Below are positions 54,301 through 63,154 of a DNA stretch of 64,000 nt, one piece after another. The notes below the pieces were generated by a model, which was not told the origin of the DNA, made no database searches, and was given only the letters and a program-made list of their open reading frames with translations. A program made the translations under genes and the position numbers. The DNA is from Tubiluchus corallicola (Eukaryota; Animalia; Priapulida): contig JAQGDQ010002377.1 of the NCBI GenBank assembly GCA_030141605.1, forward strand, positions 372,001 through 436,000, in the 5' to 3' direction. Positions within the stretch are counted from its first letter, which is position 1; each line of letters opens with the position of its first letter.

Positions 54301-57300
54301 TACCAACAAGTCATATGAAGCATACACAAAAATGGTTGCCGAGACTTCAAATTCAAGCTGCTATGTTGACTTCCAAAATATTGGTATGCGAGAACTACAC
54401 AGCAGTGGTAATGAAAATCTTAGTAATGAGAGAAAAGTGCCATTTGGGAAGAAAAGAGAAAGAGTTTATGAGTGTGACACGTGCAAGAAAGTCTTCAAAG
54501 ATGGAGGAACTCTGAAAGTTCATAAGCGCATACACACAAACGAAAGGCCATACATTTGTCACATTTGTCAAGCAACATTCAGACAACACCACCATCTAGT
54601 CAGACATGTAGCAAGCCATAGTGATGATAAACCATTTTCTTGTGATGTGTGCGGAAAAAGATTCAAATTAAGCGAATACCTCACAACACACAAGGCTGTG
54701 CATTCACAGGCTAAGAAATTCAAATGTGGAGTATGCGGCAAAGATTTTCGCCTATACAGCGATTTGAGAGCTCATCAGAAAGTTCATGCATCAAAAAACG
54801 CAAAGACTGATGGTATGTTTGACAATAAGCTTGCTTTTGATAGTCATGATACTAGTCACTCTAGGCTTAAACCCCACAAATGTCCCGTTTGTAAGAACGG
54901 TTTTAAAGTGGTTCGCCACATGAAAATTCATTTGTGGTCACATTCTAAGAACAATATGCACTATTGTCTCACTTGCGGAAAAAAATTTCAATCTCAAGTT
55001 GGCTTAGCTGTCCACAAAAGAATTCACATTGTAAAAAAAGAACTTGAAGAGGTTGTGAATGCAAGCACTAACTTGACGCAGTACGTGACCAGCACTAGTA
55101 AAGGTAAACAGTACCAATGTCCCGTATGTGAAGTGAAATTTGCACAGTCTACCTATCTGAGTGTACACTTGCGAGTTCACACAGGCGAGAAGCCATATAA
55201 GTGTGAGGTTTGCAATAGTCGTTTTCGACAAAGAGCCCATCTTAAATGTCACATGTTCACTCACACAGACCACAAACCTTTTTCTTGCAAAATATGTGCT
55301 GCATCTTTTAAGCAACTTTCAGCTTTAAAAAAACATGGTTTAGTACACACTGACTTAAAGCCATACAAATGTGATTCTTGTAGTGCAGAATTTGCACAAT
55401 CAACCGACTTGCTAAATCACATTATGGTACATAACGAAAATAGACCCTATACTTGTCAAACTTGTTTCGCTACATTTAAAACTGAATCATTCTTCAATAG
55501 CCACATTAAAGTACACACCCATCTTAAACCTCACGTTTGTGATGAATGTGGAAAAGACTTTCGAATCGCTGCAAATCTAACAGTTCATAAGAGAACTCAC
55601 TCTAACGAAAAGCCATACCAGTGTCAAATCTGCTCAAAGCGATTTAAACAAACAGGACACTTGAAAGTTCATTTGTCAATACATGCAGACTCGAAACCAT
55701 ATAAATGTGATTCTTGTGGTGCCAGTTTTAGGCAACCAGGAAACTTAAAGAGTCACCAAACCGTTCACACAGATGAAAGGCCACATGTATGTGACATTTG
55801 CCAATCAGCTTTTAAAACGTTTAGTTATTTGCAAAGCCACAAGCGAATACATACAGATTTGCGTCCATATAGCTGTACATGTGGAAAAACATTTAAAACA
55901 CCAGATGGATTGAAAGCGCACGAGAAAACTCACACAGATGAAAAGCCATATGAATGTCGCCATTGTCATGCACGCTTTAAGCAGCAGCCTCACCTCAAAA
56001 CTCATCTACTTACACATAGTACTCACAAACCTTATTGCTGTGACACTTGTGATGCACGCTTTAAACAGTCATCCCACTTGAAAGTTCACATGGCTGTTCA
56101 TAGCGATGTGCGACCATTTCCTTGTCATATTTGTGGTGCGGCATTTAAAACATCAACTTCACTCAGTAGTCATAAGCGCATTCACACGGACCTGAAGCCA
56201 TATGTATGTGACGTATGCAACAGAGCCTTTAAATTTTCGGAAGGACTAAAATCTCACAAGAAAACACACTCAGCTGACAAACCTTTTTCATGTGACCAGT
56301 GTGGAGCATGTTTTAAGTTGGCTGGTTATCTCAAAAGCCATATGCTAGTTCACACTGAAATACGACCCTATTGTTGTTCTACATGTGGAGCTACTTTTAA
56401 AACAGCCAGTTACCTCCATAACCACAGCAAAATTCACACAGACATTCGACCTCATATTTGCCACATTTGTGGAAAAGGTTTTAAAATGTCATCAAACTTG
56501 CGAGCTCATGCACGAACTCATTCAAACGAGAAACCATATTCTTGTGACCAATGCTCTGCACAGTTTAAGCAAATTGCTCATTTAAAGATGCATGTCAGAA
56601 CTCATTCTGATTTGAAACCCTATAAATGTGATTCCTGCGAATCTCGTTTCCGACAGTCTGCGCATTTAAAAGTTCACATGGCTGTTCACACTGAATCACG
56701 ACCATTTGCTTGTGAAATTTGTGGAGCTGCATTTAAAACACAATCATCATTAAACTCACACAAGAAAATCCATACAGACATTAAACCTCATTCATGTGAT
56801 GTATGTGGGAAATCATTCAAATTTGCTGTTGGATTAAAAACTCACAGGCGAATTCATACAAATGAGAGACCTTTCTCTTGCGATACATGCCATGCTAGTT
56901 TTCGACAGGCTGGCAATTTGAAAAGTCATATGGCAGTGCATACAGATGTTCGACCGTACGCATGCCCAACATGTCAAGCTGCCTTTAAAACATCATACTA
57001 TCTCCAGAATCACATTAGAATACACACGACTGCTCGTCCATTTCAATGTGATGTCTGTGAAAAATCTTTTAAATTTAAGGAGGGATTACAATCTCACAAA
57101 AAGACACACACAAATGAACGCCCATTTGAGTGCGATACATGCCATGCACGATTCAAGCAAGCTGCTTATCTCAGAAGTCACATGCTTGTACATTCAGATG
57201 AAAGAAATCATTTTTGTGACATTTGTGGATCAGCTTTTAAAACTGCTGTTTATCTTGCCAATCATAGGCGCATTCACACTGATATGAGACCATACAAATG

Positions 57301-60300
57301 TGATATTTGTTACAAGGATTTCAAGCTGCCCGATGGCTTAAAGGCACATAAGAAGACACATTCCGATGAAAAACCATACTCGTGTAATATATGTGGTGCA
57401 AAATTCCGGCAAACAGCCCACGTAAAGGCACACATGTTAACCCATTCAGATGCTAAACCTTATAAGTGTGACACCTGTGATGCTTGTTTTAAGCAGTCAG
57501 CTCACTTAAAATCACATCTTGCTGTACACAGTGAAGAAAGAAAGTACTCATGTGATATTTGTTATTCTGCTTTTAAAACATCTACTGCTCTAAACAGTCA
57601 TAAAAGAATACATACTGATATAAAGCCTTATATATGTGCTACATGTGGCAATGCTTTCAAAACACCAGACGGATTGAAATCTCACCAGATTAGTCATATG
57701 GATGAACGTCCGTTTGAATGTGATACATGTCATGCTAAATTTAAGCAATCCACAAACTTGAAATATCACATGGTGGTGCATTCGGAAGAAAGAAATTATA
57801 CATGTGATATATGTGACTCTGCTTTTAAAACTATGGCATATCTTACCACACATAAGCGTATTCATACAGAACTGCGTCCATACATTTGTGAATGTGGAAA
57901 AGACTTCAAGACACCTGATGGACTGAAATTGCATAAACGTACACACACAGGTGAGAAGCCATACTTCTGCAGTTTATGTGGTATGAGATTCAGGCAGTCA
58001 GGACATCTTAAATGTCACATGCAAACTATACATTCCGATTCTAAGCCATTTAAATGTGACACATGTGATGCATGTTTTAAACAGTCAGCAAACTTGCGCA
58101 GCCACATGGCCGTACATTCTGATATTCGTCCTTATCCATGTCCTATTTGTGAGGCCACTTTTAAAACATCTACTTCATTAAGCAGCCATAAACGAATACA
58201 CAGTGATATTAAACCACACATTTGTGACGTATGTGAAAAAGCATTTAAAACATCAGAAGGACTGAAGTCACACAAACACTCACACACAGATGCTAGACCC
58301 TTTGAGTGTGATACATGCCATGCCAAATTCAAGCAAGCAGGAAATTTAAAGAGCCACATGGTAGTGCATACTGAAGAACGTCCATGGACTTGTGATGTTT
58401 GTGAAGCCTCCTTTAAAACACAAGCATACCTTCATAGTCACAAACGTATCCACACTGATATAAGGCCTTACATTTGTGAATGTGGAAAAGATTTTAAAAC
58501 ACCCGATGCATTAAAACTTCATAAACGTACACATAGTGATGAAAAACCGTACGCTTGTGAAATTTGTCATTCAACATTTAAGCAGCTTGCCCATGTACGA
58601 GTTCACATGGCTACACATTCTGATCTCAAGCCATATAAATGTGACACTTGTAGTGCTAGCTTCAAGTTGGCAGCATATTTGAAAACCCACATGATTGTTC
58701 ACACTGAAGAAAGACCATGGATATGTGACGTTTGCCAAGCTGCTTTTAAAACGTCTAGTTATCTTAGCTCACATAAGAAAATTCACACAGATTTGAGACC
58801 ATACATTTGTGATCAGTGTGGAAAAGACTTCAAGCTTCCTGATGCCCTGAAACTTCACAAGAGAACACATTCAAATCTAAGACCGTTTTCATGTGATGTA
58901 TGTGGTCAGAAATTTCGGCAAACTGCACATGTTAAAGCACACATGCTTACGCATTCAGATTCAAAACCATTCAAATGTGATACTTGTGATGCTTGTTTTA
59001 AACAGTCCGGGAATTTGAAATCTCATATGACAGTACATTCTGATGTTCGGGCTTACTGTTGCCCCATATGCGGAACAGCTTTTAAAACAACCACATCATT
59101 AAACAGTCACAAACGGGTTCACAGTGACATTAAGCCTCATATCTGCTCCACTTGTGGCAAAGCTTTTAAAACTAGAGAAGGGCTAAAGTCACACAAATAC
59201 ACACACACAGATGAACGTCCATTTGCATGTGATACATGCAGTATGAGTTTTAAGCAATCCTCCAATTTAAAAAGTCACATGATTGTGCATACTGATGTAA
59301 GACCACACGTTTGTGATATATGTCAGGCAGCTTTTAAAACAGTTAGTTACCTCACTAGTCATAAACGAATTCACACAGATTTGAGACCATATAACTGCGA
59401 AATATGTGGAAAAGATTTCAAGTTACCAGATGGATTGAAACTCCATAAACGAATACACACCAATGAAAAACCTTTCTCGTGTGATACATGTCAAGCTGCC
59501 TTCAAGCAGTCTGCTCATCTCAAAGTTCATATGACAGTTCATACAGACGAGAGAAATCACATTTGTGATATATGTGAATCAGCTTTTAAAACTGCATCAT
59601 ACCTAGCCATTCATAAAAAAACACACAGTGATGTAAGACCTCATATCTGTGATATCTGTGGCAAGGGATTCAAGTTTACAGATGGGCTGAAAGCTCATAA
59701 AAAGACTCATACATCTGAGAAGCCATACCAATGTGAGATATGTTTTAGACGATTTCGACAAGGAGGACATTTAAAAATACATCTTCTTACACATTCTGAC
59801 TCAAAACCTTTTAAATGTGACACATGTGATGCATGTTTTAAACAGTCTGGCCATTTAAAGGTTCACATGTCAGTACATTCAGATGAAAGACCTTTCCCTT
59901 GTGCAGTGTGTGGTGCTGCATTCAAAACATCAACATCTCTGAGCACCCATAAACGTATTCACACTGACCTGAGACCCTATTCCTGTGACTTGTGTGACAA
60001 AGCATTCAAGTTTTCCACAGGCTTGAGAGCTCATAAAAAAACTCACACAGGAGAAAAGCCATATAGCTGCAAGATTTGCGGTGCTCGATTCAGACAAATT
60101 GGTCATGTGAAGGTACATATGACAACTCACTCAGACCTGAAGCCATATAGCTGTGACACATGTAACGCTTCTTTTAAATTAGCAAGTTACTTGAGAAGCC
60201 ATATGGTTGTCCATTCTGAAGAAAGAAAATGGACTTGTGACGTTTGTCAAGCATCATTTAAGACAAATACCTACCTTAATTCGCATAAGAAGATACATAC

Positions 60301-63154
60301 AGATTTACGGCCACACATTTGTGATATATGTTCCAAAGATTTCAAGCTGCCGGAAGCACTGCGCTTACATAAAAGAACACACACTGACATTCGACCTTAT
60401 TCATGCGAGCTGTGCAATGCAAAGTTTCGCCAAACAGGACATCTCAAGTGTCACATGCAGACAAGGCATTCAGATTTGAAACCATTTAAATGTGATACCT
60501 GTTCTGCATGCTTTAAACAACCTGCAAATTTAAGAACTCACATGCTAGTGCACACTGATGAAAGACCACATCAATGTCAGATATGTGGTGCTGCTTTCAA
60601 GACAACTACTGCTCTTAATTCTCACAAACAGGTGCACAGCGATGTACGCCCATTCATTTGTGCAAGATGTGGTAAGTCATTCAAAACCCGTAATGGGCTG
60701 AAATCACATAAAATCACTCACACTGATTCTAAGCCCTTTGAGTGTGATACATGCAGTGCCTGTTTCCGACAATCAGCACATTTGAAGGTTCACATGACTG
60801 TTCATTCTGACTACAGAGGATATCCTTGTACAGTATGTGGTGCTGCTTTCAAAACAGGTACTTCTTTGAAAAGTCACAGTCGTATACATACTGACATCAA
60901 GCCCTTTATATGTGATGTGTGTAACAGAGCATTTAAGTCAAAAGATGGGTTAAAACATCACAAGATAACTCATTCTAATGAAAGACCATTTGCATGTCTA
61001 CAATGCAGTGCTAAGTTTAAACAAGCCACTTATTTGAAAAACCATCAGTTAGTTCATTCAGATGTAAAACCATTTCAATGCCAAGTGTGCTCAGCTGCTT
61101 TTAAGCTGCCGGCTTATCTTAGGTCACACATGATGATTCACGGAGATTTAAAACCGTACCAGTGTCAGATATGCAATAAGCAATTCAGACATTGGAGCAC
61201 GCTGAAGATCCATACAAGAACACACACAAATGAACGGCCTTATGAATGTGAGACCTGCCATAAGATGTTCTCACAAAATGGTCATCTAAAGTTGCACATG
61301 ATGATTCACTCGGGCGAAAAGCCTTACTCGTGTACCGTGTGTAATAGGCGTTTTCGACAACATAGACACTTATTAACGCACAAAGTAAAACATGTAACTG
61401 ATCGACCATACCAATGTAATAGTTGCCAATCTGCTTTTAAAACACATACTTCATTGCAGTCTCATAAACGAATTCACACTGGTGAAAAACCGTATGAGTG
61501 CACCACGTGTTGCACAAGTTTTAGACAGCTGAGTCACTTAAGGAGGCATCAACAATGCCACAGAAACCCGGCTTCAAGGTTGAAACCATTTAAATGCACT
61601 TCTTGTCCAAAAGCATTTAGAAAGGCCACACATCTCCGAGCACATGAAATTGTCCATACTGATAGTAAGCCTTTCAAGTGCCCAATCTGTGATGCAGAAT
61701 TCCGTCACGGACGTTCGCGTAAAACACATATGAAATGTCACCAGCCTACACTCATGCATCAGTGTGATGTGTGCTTACAAAGCTTTAGTGAAGAGGAAGA
61801 ACTAAGATCACATTCTGAAAGTCATGTACAAGAAAGTGCATATACATGTGAACAATGTGGCGAAAAGTTTAAGAGAGCATCGCTTTTGTCAGCTCATACT
61901 GCATTACATGAGAGAGAGAAATTATCTGCTGATGGCTACATTGAATTTGATAGACCGTATCCTTGTTCACAGTGTAGTGCACAATATGAATCAAAACAAG
62001 GATTAGCAAAACATATGCTTGTTAGACATGCAACACTTGAAGACCTGCGTTGCAACTTGTGCCACAACACATTTACCTCATTGCAGTTACTACGTGAACA
62101 TATGAGAACTCACAAAGAAAAAGAACACATGTGCAATGTATGCAACAACACTTATACCTCAAAACATTTATTACGTATACATATGAAAATTCACAAACAT
62201 ACTAGTAAAGAACATGTTTGTAATGTGTGTGGGAAAGTTTTTAAAAATGCTAGTAGCCTTTGTCATCATAGAGAAATTCATGTTGAAGGCAGACCTCATG
62301 TGTGCACAAAATGCAATGCGTCTTTCAAAACAAAGAAAACTCTTTGGGCACACAGTAGGATTCATACAAGGGAAAAAGTGTTTTCTTGTAATAAATGCGG
62401 TGAAAAGTTTTCAGTAAAGGAACAGCTACTGCAACATAAGCAAAGTGCTCATTCAGTTGGTAAGACTAAGAAATGCTCTACTGCCAGTAAGAATTATGAC
62501 TGCGAACAATGTGCTGCCAGTTTCAAGTTCCTGACACTTTTAAAACAACACAAAGAGGCCCACAAAACTGCCATATGTGACAAAACACAACTTGTGAAAG
62601 GAACTGCCAGCAAACCACGAAAGACACACAAGTGTCCCGAGTGCAACAAATTGTTTACTCATTCGTGGAATTTGAAAAATCACCTGTATTCTCATCGTGC
62701 AAAACCCGTTTACAAATGTAATCTTTGTCCAAGTACATTCAGTAGGGAAGCACATTTAGTTAGGCACATAGCATGCCATAAAGGAAAAGAATTGTCAGTA
62801 AGTGTCAAAGTGCAAAGAATTCCTCATTTGCAAGAACAGCGCAATATGTCACAGACAGTTAATGATGCCCCAATACCAACTCCTGAATTCAATTATTTGC
62901 ATAACACAAACGAAATAGTTTTAGACAAAATTCCTATTAAGCAAGAACCCCTAGATTACTCCCTTGTGGAGGATGATACCTCCAGCCCTGTGCATGAAGA
63001 AGGTAGTAATGTAGATGATGCTAACTTCTGTATTGAAGAATGTAACATAGAAGAGTTTTACCTTTCACCATATTTGGGTGAAAGCAACAAAGAGACAGTA
63101 GGTGAAGGCTGTTCTGCTATCACCATTAAGAAGGAAATGTCGCACTTCTTGTAA
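51344..63154 (+). CDS. Giant poly-C2H2 zinc-finger protein, 3936 aa, ~110 fingers, CDS in one uninterrupted ORF
   Basis: 11,811-nt open frame. Acidic N-terminus, ~20 scattered fingers, then ~81 nearly contiguous fingers (55112 to ~61910) and ~9 more. A splice acceptor ttttattcacag lies at 51285 with in-frame stops before the ATG, supporting this start. Confidence 0.95.
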   Translation: MNAYEMNEELQAAIEQLELEQIDLCGEQAGESSISELVYTNSIKNITSSVTDVGSVQQQQAGSQTRSAVTHATYQQQALSRINEFNVSLELMNTACVDSRDGLCALGTGTAVKDFVTLDEFQALQQNQMKESFSASGLLESLNNNEITNGTPEHLDNNENVFDTLQSEGYIETAIDSLGTLENNDVAVTIGSNALDINLLPFSQQDSDHSLSRQQHTTSQKVEINKQYELDLPIEDVTEQRLASDVTKQMCSDYGIDVKFSVENFTSMPVNNQDNDLNRDIDDSDSDSSDSDSNSDDFDNQDSIQNSVAPLNEKTSDSIINGSVFERNEAKVISGFPISLNSDNVEQLQVECKITNSPVNIEECQKYTIENSCKTILFKTDEQCECLDCGASLSNLLSSQEHLGLMTAVVKLCTCLQEGRKCLHYANEVSTSKLHVSELYSCHMCEITFHRLSALTNHMVMKHNDEDSTDNQSVAANYIQPPASLQKTHKCGICPASFSNVFNLQKHGRVVHSAIPKQYRCTKCTASFQALKNLTLHLRLHENEQQSFESQRIDKIATKTPTAGTDEASKPDQASKPDSIDKIPVNGIKKAGNTDEKSIKCRMCPAAFKHTASLKRHIQITHNKIKMYSCKLCPARFGVKSTVKKHMSDVHGGVPKKYKCQHCTASYRALKNLQRHMKLHIAKLQPVQEKKKNQYLCFLCSTRCSSADVLKEHIKTHSETKEPTADITTTPRKALLKIFKCNVCSVSFHSRLDRDVHLQTAHEKAKSTPEQQNSSLDSSICRVCKNSFNSKALLDQHMKQYKKLYECNACPAMFKVSTNRNKHVNNVHSGALKAFRCDVCGGGFHREYSLQSHMLLHNQAHKEQYKCDKCDFNCNSSEQLKTHIICKHSVTAQSPGIIIMDTPTVSLQKIKVEDSHAEAITIQESADMDFCEDMEHCCDICGKFFMKESELLVHEKVHMALKPYKCGICGLDFCDMSTLDIHQTSHTNKSYEAYTKMVAETSNSSCYVDFQNIGMRELHSSGNENLSNERKVPFGKKRERVYECDTCKKVFKDGGTLKVHKRIHTNERPYICHICQATFRQHHHLVRHVASHSDDKPFSCDVCGKRFKLSEYLTTHKAVHSQAKKFKCGVCGKDFRLYSDLRAHQKVHASKNAKTDGMFDNKLAFDSHDTSHSRLKPHKCPVCKNGFKVVRHMKIHLWSHSKNNMHYCLTCGKKFQSQVGLAVHKRIHIVKKELEEVVNASTNLTQYVTSTSKGKQYQCPVCEVKFAQSTYLSVHLRVHTGEKPYKCEVCNSRFRQRAHLKCHMFTHTDHKPFSCKICAASFKQLSALKKHGLVHTDLKPYKCDSCSAEFAQSTDLLNHIMVHNENRPYTCQTCFATFKTESFFNSHIKVHTHLKPHVCDECGKDFRIAANLTVHKRTHSNEKPYQCQICSKRFKQTGHLKVHLSIHADSKPYKCDSCGASFRQPGNLKSHQTVHTDERPHVCDICQSAFKTFSYLQSHKRIHTDLRPYSCTCGKTFKTPDGLKAHEKTHTDEKPYECRHCHARFKQQPHLKTHLLTHSTHKPYCCDTCDARFKQSSHLKVHMAVHSDVRPFPCHICGAAFKTSTSLSSHKRIHTDLKPYVCDVCNRAFKFSEGLKSHKKTHSADKPFSCDQCGACFKLAGYLKSHMLVHTEIRPYCCSTCGATFKTASYLHNHSKIHTDIRPHICHICGKGFKMSSNLRAHARTHSNEKPYSCDQCSAQFKQIAHLKMHVRTHSDLKPYKCDSCESRFRQSAHLKVHMAVHTESRPFACEICGAAFKTQSSLNSHKKIHTDIKPHSCDVCGKSFKFAVGLKTHRRIHTNERPFSCDTCHASFRQAGNLKSHMAVHTDVRPYACPTCQAAFKTSYYLQNHIRIHTTARPFQCDVCEKSFKFKEGLQSHKKTHTNERPFECDTCHARFKQAAYLRSHMLVHSDERNHFCDICGSAFKTAVYLANHRRIHTDMRPYKCDICYKDFKLPDGLKAHKKTHSDEKPYSCNICGAKFRQTAHVKAHMLTHSDAKPYKCDTCDACFKQSAHLKSHLAVHSEERKYSCDICYSAFKTSTALNSHKRIHTDIKPYICATCGNAFKTPDGLKSHQISHMDERPFECDTCHAKFKQSTNLKYHMVVHSEERNYTCDICDSAFKTMAYLTTHKRIHTELRPYICECGKDFKTPDGLKLHKRTHTGEKPYFCSLCGMRFRQSGHLKCHMQTIHSDSKPFKCDTCDACFKQSANLRSHMAVHSDIRPYPCPICEATFKTSTSLSSHKRIHSDIKPHICDVCEKAFKTSEGLKSHKHSHTDARPFECDTCHAKFKQAGNLKSHMVVHTEERPWTCDVCEASFKTQAYLHSHKRIHTDIRPYICECGKDFKTPDALKLHKRTHSDEKPYACEICHSTFKQLAHVRVHMATHSDLKPYKCDTCSASFKLAAYLKTHMIVHTEERPWICDVCQAAFKTSSYLSSHKKIHTDLRPYICDQCGKDFKLPDALKLHKRTHSNLRPFSCDVCGQKFRQTAHVKAHMLTHSDSKPFKCDTCDACFKQSGNLKSHMTVHSDVRAYCCPICGTAFKTTTSLNSHKRVHSDIKPHICSTCGKAFKTREGLKSHKYTHTDERPFACDTCSMSFKQSSNLKSHMIVHTDVRPHVCDICQAAFKTVSYLTSHKRIHTDLRPYNCEICGKDFKLPDGLKLHKRIHTNEKPFSCDTCQAAFKQSAHLKVHMTVHTDERNHICDICESAFKTASYLAIHKKTHSDVRPHICDICGKGFKFTDGLKAHKKTHTSEKPYQCEICFRRFRQGGHLKIHLLTHSDSKPFKCDTCDACFKQSGHLKVHMSVHSDERPFPCAVCGAAFKTSTSLSTHKRIHTDLRPYSCDLCDKAFKFSTGLRAHKKTHTGEKPYSCKICGARFRQIGHVKVHMTTHSDLKPYSCDTCNASFKLASYLRSHMVVHSEERKWTCDVCQASFKTNTYLNSHKKIHTDLRPHICDICSKDFKLPEALRLHKRTHTDIRPYSCELCNAKFRQTGHLKCHMQTRHSDLKPFKCDTCSACFKQPANLRTHMLVHTDERPHQCQICGAAFKTTTALNSHKQVHSDVRPFICARCGKSFKTRNGLKSHKITHTDSKPFECDTCSACFRQSAHLKVHMTVHSDYRGYPCTVCGAAFKTGTSLKSHSRIHTDIKPFICDVCNRAFKSKDGLKHHKITHSNERPFACLQCSAKFKQATYLKNHQLVHSDVKPFQCQVCSAAFKLPAYLRSHMMIHGDLKPYQCQICNKQFRHWSTLKIHTRTHTNERPYECETCHKMFSQNGHLKLHMMIHSGEKPYSCTVCNRRFRQHRHLLTHKVKHVTDRPYQCNSCQSAFKTHTSLQSHKRIHTGEKPYECTTCCTSFRQLSHLRRHQQCHRNPASRLKPFKCTSCPKAFRKATHLRAHEIVHTDSKPFKCPICDAEFRHGRSRKTHMKCHQPTLMHQCDVCLQSFSEEEELRSHSESHVQESAYTCEQCGEKFKRASLLSAHTALHEREKLSADGYIEFDRPYPCSQCSAQYESKQGLAKHMLVRHATLEDLRCNLCHNTFTSLQLLREHMRTHKEKEHMCNVCNNTYTSKHLLRIHMKIHKHTSKEHVCNVCGKVFKNASSLCHHREIHVEGRPHVCTKCNASFKTKKTLWAHSRIHTREKVFSCNKCGEKFSVKEQLLQHKQSAHSVGKTKKCSTASKNYDCEQCAASFKFLTLLKQHKEAHKTAICDKTQLVKGTASKPRKTHKCPECNKLFTHSWNLKNHLYSHRAKPVYKCNLCPSTFSREAHLVRHIACHKGKELSVSVKVQRIPHLQEQRNMSQTVNDAPIPTPEFNYLHNTNEIVLDKIPIKQEPLDYSLVEDDTSSPVHEEGSNVDDANFCIEECNIEEFYLSPYLGESNKETVGEGCSAITIKKEMSHFL

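Noticed and set aside
51724-62755. Short antisense and alternative-frame ORFs inside the ZF gene
   Set aside because: Shadows of the main coding frame with no independent protein features.
51344-63154. PRDM9-like recombination hotspot factor
   Set aside because: No KRAB/SSXRD/SET domain seen, and the fingers are diverged at the DNA level rather than near-identical repeats with hypervariable contact residues.
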